A stretch of DNA of 64,000 nt from NCBI GenBank assembly GCA_973851085.1, contig OZ316775.1, positions 15,500,001-15,564,000 of the forward strand. Direction: 5' to 3'. Made by a program: the position numbers and the translations under genes. Positions within the stretch are counted from its first letter, which is position 1. Each line of letters starts with the position of its first letter. The notes under the pieces were generated by a model. That model had not been told where the DNA came from. It saw only the letters and a list, made by a program, of their open reading frames with translations, and ran no database searches. The DNA is from Ptychomitrium polyphyllum. Lineage: Eukaryota. Below, piece by piece: positions 39,774-53,484 of this stretch.

Positions 39774-41627
39774 CGTGAACTCCGCCCTCACCACACCCGA
39801 ACTACTGTCAACCTACCGCAGAGCGCAATCTGGGTTGCGCTAGAATGGTCGTGCATGACGGATTGCGGCGAGTCTGTCACTCTCACGGTGGAGTGCGAAT
39901 TGTGAGCACGTTGAATGTCGGTGAGCATGTCGCGTGACGAGCAAGAGCCACTTCGGAAAACTCGCATGCTTGCCGCTCGCGTCTTCTTTTCCGTCAGCAT
40001 CCTCCGACCATTTCCTTCTATGTCGGCTTTTTGGACATCCGCTTGCATATCATTACCATCAGCGCTAACGGGTATCTGAGTCCGGATATCGATGGCACGG
40101 TTGCAGAGAGCTGTAGCTTTCATTCCTGTACGTATGAGATACGGTAAGGTGGAGACCTCGAACGGTCCCCGTTCACACCTCGCCCAAAAGAGGGGAGGTT
40201 AAAACTATTTCAGGGCAAGACAGAGCATGGGCAGCAGAGAAGATGGGAAAGACATAAAATAAATGTTATATGAAAGTGGGCTTCTTTAGGGGCAACTCTT
40301 GGGTTGTCCTTCCAAGAGCACTTCCAAAATGGTTAAAGGGAGAAGGTTTATTTGTGATAAGTGTTGTTATGTATATTGTTAATTCATTTTCTAAATCATA
40401 TTTAAATTATTTTTATTATGTGTGATGAGACGAGGTGTAAAGTCTTATGAGTGAATACAAAGAATTTGACCAATTATGTGGCTATGTGTGGCTAAACTTT
40501 TTGAAATATAATAAAATCCCACCTTCATTTAAAATTCATTTTAATTCGGTACAATTAGGTTTTGAGATCAATTCCTTTACTGAAAGAGAATATCAAAGTC
40601 ATCAACAATATGAGAGATTGTAAATCTTTAAATCCATATTCTGTTACTAAAAGCATGATTATTGGTAAGAAGTCACTAACCACTGGTTATTGAAAAATAT
40701 CTATCCTCCTACGTTACTGGCAACAATGGTCTGCTAACTTCTCGTTATGCAAAATTAACAATATCATATACAAGAGTAGGAGTATACTAAAAGCTTTTAC
40801 AGCTCTCTAAATGCCTATCTCCCAAGACCTAAGAATCAATTTTACATTGTTTCATCTTTAAGAAATATATCACAAGTATCACATAGACAAGTTTTGTCAA
40901 ATAAGCATTTTCTTTGATAACAGATAAATGTACTTGAAATATGATTGAAGAGGAATAGGCATACAAACTTTAACTCGATAAAAGAAAGAAGGTGCATCTA
41001 TATTGACGCTGAAAAGAGGCTTTTCAAAGGTTCGCTGTTTGTTCGCATCATATCATGGTGCCAGCTATGAGCATGGCAGCGACGATTCTGTGAAAAGTCA
41101 CTCATTATTTTACCCACTTGTTGACACTGTTTTGATTTCAAGTTCCATTTCATTATTTGGAGCATAATTATTTAACATCAAACTGAAACAAACAAGATTG
41201 CGGTTATGTTTCTCCCCACAAGTTTAGAAACAAACCGGTAGACAGATGTGATCAAATGATTAGTTTGTAGCGGATTCCAACTTTGCTATACCACTAAGCG
41301 TACATTACAGACGCTGTACAAATTTGTCTTACTGCAAATAGATTTACACAAGCACAAAACTCGATAGATAAATTTATGAAAATGAATGCTATAGTTGGGA
41401 GTAACTACCGCAAAACTTGTTGTTTCTTTGGAAGCTGATACTGCTTACAAAGAAACAAGATCAAAACACAAACGTGTAATATATGAACAGATCAACAATG
41501 TGCCAAGTTGATACATTAACAAGGTACCAAACTTACAAACCGAGCGCTGAGTTAAATCAAATCTTCTGTTCTACAATTACAAGGCATTGTAGCTATTACC
41601 AATCTTCAGGAAGTATAAAGAATCAGC

Positions 41628-42999
41628 TTAGTGATGGAGAATCTTATTGAGGAATCCTCTCTTCTTTCGGGGCTTGGCAGGGAGCATGGTGGTAGTGCCA
41701 TCGGCGTTGATATGCTCCACGGGTGCTGTGTCAACTACATCGTCATCGGACGAAGATGATGAAGATGTGTTACTTTTGGTTCTATGTAAACCTCCGTGTC
41801 CTAAATGGTGAGCGCCTCCAGGGTTGACGAGCTCCTCAACTGGAGCTTCACAGAAACTGCACACGTAGACGGACAGCATCAGCTCGATTCCAAACGATTG
41901 CTGTTAAGCTTGATAATATTTAGTGAAGGTTAACTGAATTGGTCATGCTTTCCATCCGAAGAAGCACTTAAAGGGAATAAAATATTGATTTTTCGAAAGA
42001 ATTTTCTGCTCTAAAACTTACTTTCCAGTGGGCACCTCGACTGTTCGGGTAACTGGAACTTCAACAACAACAGGTACGGTAACTCTTTCCGTGACTTGTT
42101 CGGTGATAACGCGAGGCACCTGCTCAACTTTGGGTACCTCCACGTACTCCACAACCGGCACCATCTCTGTCACTTCTCGGTCTTCCGTGACCACCCTGAA
42201 TTCATTAAAATAATCAATGTTAGAACTGACTCCGTGTCTGAAGATAACCGATAAATGACAGATTTTTGATAAATATACATATGCATCATATAACAAAAAA
42301 ACTTTTGCTCACCGATGTACTTGCTCAATTCTGGTTTTGGCAACCTCCTTAACAACAGGAACGCGATCCACTCTCTCAACCTCGTCCATCACCACTCGGG
42401 TTTTCGGCACGGTTACGGTGCGCTCTTCATGGCGCACTTCCTTCACGAGATCTGTCTTCTCCACGGTTTTCATCTCAGGGTATCGCTGGATTACCTGCAC
42501 TCGGGTTTCGAACTCCTTGGGCTGCAAATAGACAATAAGGTCACAATCTTAACCAAATGGGATGGAGATATCACCCGACCTTCTTCGCCGCACAGATTGT
42601 TGGGTTAAGTGTGGGTTCGACATAAACACTTGGGTAAAACTCGGCACAACTTAATCAAGGCGTTAAAACTCGTGATCACCGATCAACAGTGCTTAAGCAA
42701 CTTACGAGGTCGCGAATGTTGGGATTGGGCGCATACGGCTCGCTCTCGCCAGTGATCACAGTGCGGTTCTGCAAGCGCGCGAGTTCTTCGTCGGTGTGGC
42801 CCAGCATACCACCATGGTGCGCGCCGTGTTCATAGTCTGTACCACGGTGCGCCATGCCACTGGGATAGTCGACTCCGGAGGTTGGACCACCTCTGCCAGC
42901 GGCAGCTCTGGCAGCAGCGACAGCACCGCCCGCGGGACCCTTGCCCTCCATACGCGCTTCGTCGTAGCCCATGTTAGCGCGTTCCGTTCCTGTGGCCAT
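41628..42999 (-). CDS. Val/Glu/Pro-rich repeat protein with dehydrin-like tail, paralog A; exons 42999-42706, 42521-42313, 42195-42022, 41856-41628
   Basis: Canonical phase-consistent junctions; MATGTERA...PNPNIRDL|PKEFETRVQVIQRYPEMKTVEKTD...VEVPTGN|FCEAP...[17 protein letters not shown]...RKKRGFLNKILHH*; near-identical core to the two + strand copies. Confidence 0.92.
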
Positions 43000-43582
43000 G
43001 TCGAAGAACTACTCGAGTTCGACTTAGACGATAGTGCCCCTTCGCCGATTCTGGCACAGATCGAATATAACTCAACAAATTCAGTATCTCCTAACAATGC
43101 TAACTCGCAACTGCACAAAACCAAGTGATAACACTATGAGAATTTATTCAACTAGCATTAAGTTTTTGGAAACGAATTCGCAAGCACTTAAGTAAAACAC
43201 CAACAAATGTAGATGGGATTGGAACACATACGACGTGAGCACACTGGTACAACTGCAACACTGATGTTCACTTGATCTGTTTGTAACAATGTAGGGGGGG
43301 TTAAGTACCTCGAAGTTGTGCAGCAACTGCACCTCAAAGTCTGGAATCAAGTAAATTCACAGAAAAATACAATGATATAGGAGCTGTGCTTTGCAATGAA
43401 GCTAGTACACCTGAGAGCATTTATAAAGCTTGCAAAGAGTCGGCAAAGTTGGGAGAGCCGACTCGGCACTTAGCAGTTAAAATGAAGACAACGAAGCAGG
43501 CAGTGCTGGCTGCCAGATGTTGGTCGGACCATGCATCACTCATAAACTTTTGGAATAGATCTCGCCACAGAAAATGTCAATG

Positions 43583-43609
43583 TTAGTACAGTAGTCGTTA
43601 CTGTACTAA
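43583..43609. repeat. Perfect 11-bp inverted repeat with 5-nt spacer upstream of paralog A
   Basis: ttagtacagta-gtcgt-tactgtactaa. Confidence 0.85.
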
Positions 43610-45183
43610 GTACTTGGGTTGTCATGGTCTGTGGACTACTAGGCAGTCTCGATGCATAGAGCGAAGCCTCTTTGAGAGTCTCTTGGGAAGTATATTCTTC
43701 CATGCAAGAGCGGGTGGTAGTGACCGGCTAGGGAATAGATCGCCAGATTGACAACCTAGTGCAGTAGGTACACTAATCTCAGATCTGACAGACTTGTCCA
43801 GCAGGTCTAAGCTGGAGTAAAGGTCCATTTCACTACAGCACAAAGACTCCTCGTCTTTAAGACAGACTGGAGCATTGAACGGATCCACCAAGTTTTCTTT
43901 TTGTGAGCTGTAATTCTTGGCAATGACACACGTTTCTCAGCGTTTATTAATGGTTGGAGCACGATTATCTAGCATTATAGCTTCATAAACTGATGAATCG
44001 ACATTATAGCTTCATAAAAGCTGGTTGTAGCGGTTAAATATTTCGGCGGGATCCAATGAGATAAGACCGATTTTTACTATAATACATGTGAGTAATTTAG
44101 AGTGACCATTTTATTTGGCTAAGTGTAAATGGAACATTATTACATCAGGTACCTCTTGTGTCATTTTGACAGAGGTATGATGCCTGAATGTGTGGCATAC
44201 TCAAAATACGGTTGATGTCATCAAAATGATATTAAAACCACATCAAAGACATCAAAATGGCAATGGTTGAAATGCTGTAGGCATTTTGATATCATTTCGA
44301 CCTACATCATCTTCATGTCAATTTAATTTTGTTCTAACTCAGTACATTTGAGATGTCATTTTGGTATCATTTAAATTAGTGTTATTTTTATTTCTACACG
44401 AAATTAGAAAGATAAGTTATTTACTGTTGCCATTTCGATGTCATAATTGTTTATTATTGTCTCCAAGTTTACTGATGTAGTTTTAAATCGTCTACTTTGA
44501 GTAAATTACTTAGAATGCGAGCATTTGACATTCGCCATAATTCATGAAGGAAAAATATTAACACTTTTAAATCTGCACGTAGAATCTAGGCACCAGCCTC
44601 GATGCAGCGAACATAATACACAGGTTTCATGTTTTCTTGCACTTTCTAGAAAAGTGGATCCGTTTTGTACAGCAGCCTATATATCAGAATGAAATTTCAA
44701 GGAATGACCTTATACATATGTCTAACTCTCAGTGCAGAGACTTGTTAAGATTACAGTGGTTCATCTTGCATGCGCTGTTTGAACTTTTTGTCTCCTAGTC
44801 GGAGGATGATACAGTCTTTCTCCTTTGCAGCTTGATAAGATTTGACCTCCGGAACATTTCAGATTCAGATTCAGATGGACACTCACATTCAGGCTGCATT
44901 CTTCCACTTAGTTTCGGAAGTGTGGTTACACTAGAGCATTCGGTGGAGGTTGCACTGCATATTCAGGAATTGTATATGCGAGAATGCTTATGCATTGAGA
45001 GAAGACGATGTAGTAGAGTGGATTTCGTTTCTCGTGACCTTGGAACTTCAACTTTTTTCTGATTGATATCGGCCTTGAGCTCCAGGCTCACAAAGACAAC
45101 GCACAAGTCTGAACAGCCAGAGCTAGATTGATTTGGCATAGCAGTCACCAAGTAGCCATTTTGTATTAGACACTACCCGAACA

Positions 45184-45191
45184 TACGTGGC
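45184..45191 (+). promoter_or_regulatory. ABRE consensus match (TACGTGGC) in the spacer between paralogs A and B
   Basis: Exact YACGTGGC match; single copy and distant from both genes, so function is unproven. Confidence 0.25.
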
Positions 45192-46269
45192 AAAGTCCGT
45201 ATTGTAGTTGTGAAATTCCACTTATTAAATCTGCGGTGTTACAAAAAGCCTGAAAAGTAATCAAATCTGCAATATTGCGCGATGATGAGAAGCTGCGATT
45301 TTCGTTAACAGGGACGCGCAGCTGTAAATACTAACAGGTCCAGTACTCAGACTGACATTAGACTTATTTGATTGCGAAATGAGTATCGGTAGTGCGGCGG
45401 TACGGTTTAGCATTTAACATGTAGCGTCATTGCAATCGGACAGTGCAATCCTTGAGACGATATGCGTTTATCTCGAAGAAGTTCAGTGGACAGTTCAACA
45501 ACAATTAACTATTGCAGTTTTTGCGATTGCTACTTTGAGTTGCATCTTCGTTCAGTTTGAACACACATTAGATTCAGGTTCAAAATGATCTAGTAGTGGC
45601 ATGAATGATACCGCCTGAGTTACACCAACGCTGTTCCTAAATACAATTAGTTACCACAAGGCGCCCTGGACCCTTTCTCTGAGTAAGACTTTTCCAGTTG
45701 GTATTTTCCCGGGTTCGCAAGGAAAAGTCTCTTCACGCAGTTTAAAGGATCTTCCACGGAAAATTTGCAAGGTATCCAATGTACAAACGTGAATAAAAGT
45801 TCCATGGTTCAACTGGTTGCAATATGTGATCAACGGTGTTGACGAATAACAAAAACAGAGTATTTTGTAAATCCTATCATTTTAAAAATAAGAGAAGCAT
45901 ACACGTTACAAGCGACACTCTACACTATCTATATGAGTTCTGGATTTCAAACTCTCATATGTACGCTTTTATTAGATTATGCCGGTTTTAGATCCAGTGA
46001 CGCTTTTGGATATATGCATCCCTAAGTAGATCTCTGGACTTTTTGATACGAAGAAACCAGTTCAACAACGCAGTGTTCCTGCATTGTCTACTGATTCATT
46101 ACACATTTATGTCCAGAAAAATGCACCAGCTCTTCGAATTCTACCAGGTAAGACTACATAGTCAAGACACATTCTAAAGTCCAAGTTGCGTCACAAATTC
46201 ATTCACCAACTTAGAACACCTGTTTTATATTAGCTCATAGTAACTTCCTGAAATTCCAGGATGTTATTT

Positions 46270-46671
46270 TTAGTACATTGTTGCTGAGTCGGGGTTGAAG
46301 TCGTGTCGGGTGATAAGGGAGAAGCGGAGGGGCGTCGTGGATAACCCACAGGAACATCTGTCTGAGGTACACTGAATTTCAATAGGCGATGGTAAACGAG
46401 TGCTGCCAGGATTGAATCTTTTTTCATTTCTATCCCCGCAAGTTAAGAAATAGGGTACATCTAAGGACGAGCAAGGAAGTGTGCTGTCACCAACCAAATA
46501 GGGCTTCACTTCCGTTTCACGAACTTCCTTAGCTGACGGTCTCCACTGTTCCATCCAGTTCTCACGATTCAAATTTGAAATGAACCTAATTATTTGACCC
46601 TTACACAAACCCAGTAAGTTCAGTCGACAACCAACTTCAAGGTGCACAATTCCAAGTCCAGGTAAATTCAC
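46270..46671 (-). mobile_element. PIF/Harbinger (DDE_Tnp_4, HARBI1/ALP1-like) transposase remnant
   Basis: EVKPYLVGDSTLP...LDVPY...NEKRFN...PIEI matches the DDE_Tnp_4 pattern YLxGDSxYP...PY...ExxFN...IE. No TIRs or TSD identified. Confidence 0.55.
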
Positions 46672-49600
46672 TTAATCTCAACGATAAATGAAACAAGTCG
46701 ATAATGCAAAACACAGTAAATCCTGGAGAGTTGGTGTCCAGTATTACGCTACAGTGCTAGTTTAGATATATATTTTCTCCCAATAAGATCCACTAAAGTC
46801 CTGGACAAACTGGTAAAGCCATCTACTTACCTCACGTTCACCTTTCGAAGTCTCACATAACCCCGCCAAAATATCCAATGCCACATGTTAAATCAATAAA
46901 AGCTAACTTGTTCGCATCGGAGAGGTATCTGATTTCAAAAGCCAAAGGCCTAGGTCTCCACGATCACATAGAATCTTCCATAAATTGTCCTTCGGAATGT
47001 ATAGGTTGCCAGTACACAATGACACGTACATGAAACGGTGACACTTGTTGAGAGCTGCTCTCCGGAGCAAACATAACTAAGACAGATTCTTCCAAATGGC
47101 ATCGTTCCAAGAGTGGACAGGCTGGCCCGGGGTCCAGCGGCTGCACAGCAGGGATGTCTCGAGCTGGGTGGCGGAAGACCCTCCATATTTGGCAGAGAGT
47201 GCAGCATAGCTGGAAAGAGCGCCTGGAATCCTGGGGGAAGCTCATGTGCGAGGGGTGCATGCTGGGGTCCAAGGCGGTTGTTACACATAGAGGGGGTTCC
47301 AAAAGGCCCCTGAAATGCTGTGGAGCTCATGACTTGGACAGTGTCACCATGTGTACTCGGGCTGTGCACTGTGCTCCTCGAGGACTTGTCTCTGCTATGT
47401 TCCTGTTTAACGACTTCATCGCTGCAACCTCGATGACCACCAGTGACACTCTCGTAACGAGGAGAGAAACTCGGGCCGAAGGCGGCGTACACAGTAACAC
47501 TCTTATAACACTCAAGCAGTACTAAGGCCTTGGGGAATCGGAAGGTTTTTTATATTTTCTGTTTTTGAACAACAGGGGCAGCTATACGCCTTGCTAGGAT
47601 CTTATCATAGGAGGTGGATGTTTTACAGCACAAAATGAAACCACCAACCATTTATGGTCGCATATTGATGCTTTAGATACCACTTCCCATTGCATCATTG
47701 TGGGTAGTTTACGGGGCATTGTCATAACCCTAGAGGCCTTGTTTTAAAAGGTGGTGTGAAAAGCTATTTCTAACAATGCTATAAAACTAAATAAAATAAT
47801 TGTTTAAGATAGGTTGGTTCAATATTAAACATACTTATTTTCATACTATGTCTTTTTGGATTGTGATTGAACTTTTTGAAAGATTGTGTAGCAAAATTTT
47901 GAGATGGAGATTTATGTGTTTTTATAATGTATATCATTATTCATTAATTGAAGTAATTTTTTATTTTTTTTAAATTACAAAGTTTATAATAGATGATAGT
48001 AAAGGCGTGCAGTTGCAAATTCCTTGAAGCAAAGTAGTTTGGTGATTTGGCATCCAAACTTCTTTTGTCTTTAAACATCATATTCATTATAATGAAAAAT
48101 TCCAAAATTCCAAAATAATCTCAAAGGTGAAATAGATTTAAAAGAAGTTAAATTTATTATAGATGATTGTCATGTTTTTGATGTTATATAGCAAATTTTC
48201 TTGCCAACACATGAGCCACTATGGTAAAAAGGCATTGAATTTGCACTTAAATGATATATGAAATATGCAATTTAGTTCTATTTGAATTAAATTGATACAC
48301 TCTATTATAGTTCCAAATTTGTTGTTTTGTCCCATTAAAATGAATAGTGTATTTTTAATAGAATCTATTTCTAAAGTAAGAATTGAACCTTTGAAAGATA
48401 GAATGATTTATTTGCAAGTTTAGTGGAAGATGTTTAGAAGAAGCACAAATAAATTCAAAGTATCACTTTAACATATACTATCTGAAAGTCCATGATCAAG
48501 CTATTGGAATGCAAATAATTTATCATTTGCAAATACAAATGCTTAAACACAATATTTATGAAAATATTATATGACATATGAACCATTTTCACAAATACCA
48601 ATAAGAGCAACTTAGATTCCCCTATAGGAAGGTCTAAAAATGTATGTAAAGAAGTCTTTTAAACCAAACATTATAACAGTCCTACTTGGTATTACATGCA
48701 TATCCATCATGTCATGGCTCATGGTTCAAGCATCATAGTTAATTACCGTGCAGCGTGTATGCCATATTTGAAAAAAATAAAATGGGGACACTTAAATGCA
48801 ACTACAGCAAGAAAAGTTTCAATGGTTATGGTTAGTTAACTGATCAACCATGAAAACTTGATGCATGAATGTATCCTGTTGTTCTAGAACAGTTAATTGT
48901 CATTTACAAGCACCTTTAATTGAATCTGTAGACTACTTCAAAATTTACTCAACTCTGCAATTTCATTCCTAAAACAGCCATCCTCAAGGATATTTGTAAT
49001 CAAAACAAAACCTTCAAACAGTTGAGGTGTCATGCGGTGCATTTAGACACTCTCACGGGGTTTTGGCATTATCAAATTCCCCATAGTAAAGGTCAAATTT
49101 TGATGAACAGAAAGATGCCAAAGCCTTCCTGTTGGGTTACATAAGCCATACTTTCTTACAGAAATTCTGCATATTTGGACACTGAACAAGTCTAGATCAA
49201 TGAGGAACAGCTGTGCACTCAAATCTTCAAACAAGACCAGGTTTTATGCGGATAATGTCAAATATGCCCCCAATGTACTCAAGACTGTTGCTCATCACTC
49301 ATCAGCAGAGCAACATTTTTATTATGAAAAATACCACACTGTTCTAAGCACACCAAGTCAAATAAAATGAACGTGCATACATGGCTGAGACCAATTTGAT
49401 TTGATTCAGCCAACATTTACAAACATAATGGTAACCTTCCACTGTGCTACCCCTCCTTATCGTGGCCAGAATCACACTGCTGCGGTGCTGAGATGAAAAA
49501 TATCTTTATATTGTTAAAATCAATCACTTGCTCATAGGTTAATATTTTTCACTTCCGCACACTAAAGCAAAAGGCAAATCACCTCTAACTTTTTATCCGA

Positions 49601-50467
49601 ACCTCATTGCATCATCTTCGAATCCATTCAAAAGCTTCTCACGCATAATACACGGTCGTCGGTGCCAACAAGGCCTTTCAACTTGAAGCTCATGTAAGAC
49701 CAAAAGAGAAAAATATGAGTCATCCCGCTCCAGTACCACCGAACATTCAGGAGTCCGTGACACTTGGCCTCAAGGCTGCCTCGGTGTAACGTTCTCAAGC
49801 AGAGTTCTAAATTTGGCGGCAGCTCCAGCGAAGGAGCAGGGAGAATATAAACAGCCATTGTGATCGCTGTCAAGCATCTCATCATAAATTTTCTAGTTGT
49901 TTTTGCATTTGCAAGTGTATATAGGTATTGTATGGGCAGCTCTCTTTAACTTCCTACATCAACTTGCGACGCAATTTTGTAACTTCATCAGGTACTTTGT
50001 CATACTGGTTTACTTTGTACTTGAACGGTCAGTGACATGCTCGGCTTGATCAGTATTGTGTGCTGTAATCTGCTCACTGTCGCTTCAACACAGTCCTGAA
50101 CTCAACTACTTAGCCAGATTGTTTTCTCTAGTTTCTATTTGATGAGATTTGTCAATTGGGTCATGAACTGGCTTGAAAAATATTTTTCATGAACTTTTGG
50201 TACTATTCTGCTGTTCGTGAGGATGTAAGTATAATCACCCAACGTTACTTGGATCTTTTCAAGAGTTCGAAGCTCAAGAATGTAACTTGCATTCGGTCGA
50301 ATTATCACTGGCAACAGTTCTATAGTGTGATGTTATAACTTCTGAGCAGTTCTAGCTAGCCTCTCTACAACGAAGGCTAGACTGTAGTGGCTTACGACTC
50401 TTCTGATTGTGGTTTATTGCATACTTGAAATCTTCAGTTGGTTAAAGGAAGATCATATTAGAGTAAA

Positions 50468-51636
50468 ATGGCCACTGCAACGGAGCGCGCTGCGATCGGA
50501 GCCGAGGAGGCCAGGATGGAAGGGAAGGGCCCCGTAGGTAGAGTAGGTGAAGCTGGAAGAAATGTAGCTACTGGCCGAGACCAGCCAGGAGTCGGGCCTT
50601 TCAACAATCGCGTGGGAAACACTGGAGTCGGTCCTCTCCACAATGAAACAACTGTTGGAGACAGAGGCCTCTTGAATCACAACAGGGATCGCCATCCCGG
50701 AGGTGTGCTCGGAGGACCCCATGGAGAGCACGGTGGAGTCCTGGGAGGACACCATGGAGGCCACGGTGGAATGCTGGGACACACCGAGGAGGAATTTGCT
50801 CGCTTGAGGACCAAGACGCACATCACTGCGGAGGGCGATGCCTACTGCCCCAACCCTAATTTGCGCGACTTGGTAACCATTCAGAACCTCCAATCTTGCA
50901 GATCATATCATTAAACCACCTGAAATATAAGCTTTTTTATTGAGTTAAACATAGTTTCTGACGAAACTGTGCTCGCTCGTTCTTGCAGCCTAGGGAGTTT
51001 GAAACAAGAGTGCAAGTCATCCAACGTTATCCAGAGATGAAAACCGTTGAGAAAACCGACTTCATCAAAGAAATCCACCACGAGGAGCGTACCAAAATTG
51101 TCCCCCGTACGCGCATCATCCACGATGACGTTGAAAGAATCGATCGCGTGCCGGTGGTTCGCCAAGTACCCAGGACGCGAATGGAAATTCACTACCGAAC
51201 CGTGACGGAGGAGCGGGAGGTTGTCGACATGGTCCAACAAGTGGACTACATCGAAGTACCCCGAGTAGAAATGGTGCCTCGCGTCATCACCGAGGATGTG
51301 GAAGAGCGAGTGGTTGTGCCCGTGCTTCGCGAGGTGCCCGTGACGCGCATGGTGGAGGTCCCGACCGGCAACTACTGCGAGGCGCCGGCAGGCTCTTTCG
51401 TCAGCCCCGGTGACTTCAACTTGCTGCACCATAAGCCTGGACACGCCGGAGGCGGCCTCGGGGGACTGCTTCATCGCAAAAAGTCGAGCACATCGTCTTC
51501 GTCCTCCAGTTCCTCAGATGACGAGGGTGGCGTCAGTCATTCAAACACCACCGGCGTCGTGCACAATGCGGACGGCACAGTCACTCCCGGGACCCGCAAG
51601 AAGAAGAGTTTGTTAAGGAGAGTGCTGCACCAGTAG
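50468..51636 (+). CDS. Val/Glu/Pro-rich repeat protein with dehydrin-like tail, paralog B; exons 50468-50872, 50989-51636
   Basis: MATATERAAIGAEEARMEGKG...YCPNPNLRDL|PREFETRVQVIQRYPEMKTVEKTD...VEVPTGNYCEAP...[21 protein letters not shown]...RKKKSLLRRVLHQ*. Confidence 0.93.
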
Positions 51637-53484
51637 AGTGATGATTTACCCTTCTTCGATCAGTATCATTTGAGATTGTTCCGTGCTTATGCTTTCGGGA
51701 AGCACGATCGCATGTATTCTAATTGACAGCATTTTCATGAGTCTATGTTGTGAGGAGCGGAATTGTTTTTGAGGTAATTCTTTGGAGTTGTAGCGGCTAG
51801 TAGGTAGACTAGTAGTGGTTTAACAGAGTAGGCCTGTTGGAAGATGTCGCTGTTAGATTGTACACATACACATGTTAGATGTGATTTTATTGTTTGTAAA
51901 TTAATCATGAATGTCAATAAACATTATCATTGATTGTTCATCGACTTTTTCGTAACATCCGATTCATTTGTGCAGTTATGATTATGTACGGCAACATTTC
52001 TACATTGTCAATCAAGTTATGTCGCGTAGGGACTCGTAAGAAAATACGAAGTCGTCATAAAGTCATAAGCTTAAATACAAATGCAATCCATCAACATCTG
52101 TCTGATATCAATCTCTGTGCGTTAGGGTATAGTATTATACCAATCCTTAAGTTTACCCAACTGGTAGGTATGAACTTGGGAGAAGTATTTTGTATCTATA
52201 CCTTGAGTATCATACTCTTAAGTGTTCAGTATGTCTTTAAATAATGTGCATTGTAAACAGAGTAATACGGAGTTCTGTACAGCATGTACTCCCAAATGCA
52301 ATTAATTCCCTTACCTAAAATACTTGGAGCATTGAAGCCAACTGAATTACCGACAGGGTAAAAATTTTGACGCCGGAGGAAGAACATCTACCTCCATTAT
52401 GATCAATTAACATTTTCCATCATGTCACGTCGTCATCCATTTCGTCTAAAAGAAGAACTAATAAGATGCACTGGTACACCATAGTACTGGTGCACTCCAG
52501 ATATAGAGACCCACCATTCTGAAAAGCACAGATGTCGTCTGCTCAAATTTCAGAATTTTAATTTATATAAACCGTACAGAATTCTATTACATCGCCACTT
52601 GCCCCTGCGTAGGTGAACTCAGGAATCATCCCTCCACTTCAAGTTCAATGAGACATGTCCACTATAAACAACCCCATGTTCGATACAGTGCTCTACTGTT
52701 TCTCATACAGATCATGCATCACTGTCTGCTCCGTTTAGTTCTCACTGAGCTCACAGGTGCCTGCTAATTTTGTTTATATCGCATTGCGTTGTGTTGCGTT
52801 GATTGATCTCTTCACTGCGTTGATTTACACTGATCTTCTTGGACCTCGATCGGCCCACATTAACTGTTCGTATCGTTCCACTTTCTTCTACTGTTGCATT
52901 GTAGTTAAGCACTTAGCTAGCAGTGGTCTTTCTAGGAAAAACAAACGTGAGGTCTTTCCAGTTTAGCACTTTGCTCATTACCTGTCTCATGCATTCAAAG
53001 CTTTGCAGAACCTTCATCTTGATCGACTCAAAGTTTCGGCCGGTTGAGAGGAAGGTATTTCAAGGTCACCTTTACCTGGAAAAGTTTGACTTTAAGGTGC
53101 TCGGTGAGTTATGGCAATAGGCATGTGCATTTCCACGTTTTATGTATGCTGTGTTTGTGGAGTATGTGTGATTCCACATATATTATGGCTATGGAGTTGA
53201 TTGATAACAGAGTTGCCATTATTCAGAAGAAACTCACTTGATTTTCTTTTGATACTCTTATTTTCGCTAGAGCTGGCGACTAGAGCAATGTGTTTGTAAC
53301 GAGAAAACATGTTTCTGAGAAAATGGAAAGTGAGGGTTAATCGATTAGTGTTTTGGTCGACGGCGCTTGTTGCATGCAAGGGATGTATCTCGAATTTCTT
53401 AGTTTCTAATAAATGTGTTGCAACATTGTTGACTAATACCCGAGCTTTCTTTTGATGTTCACAGGACTTGCTGAAGTAGCTAAC

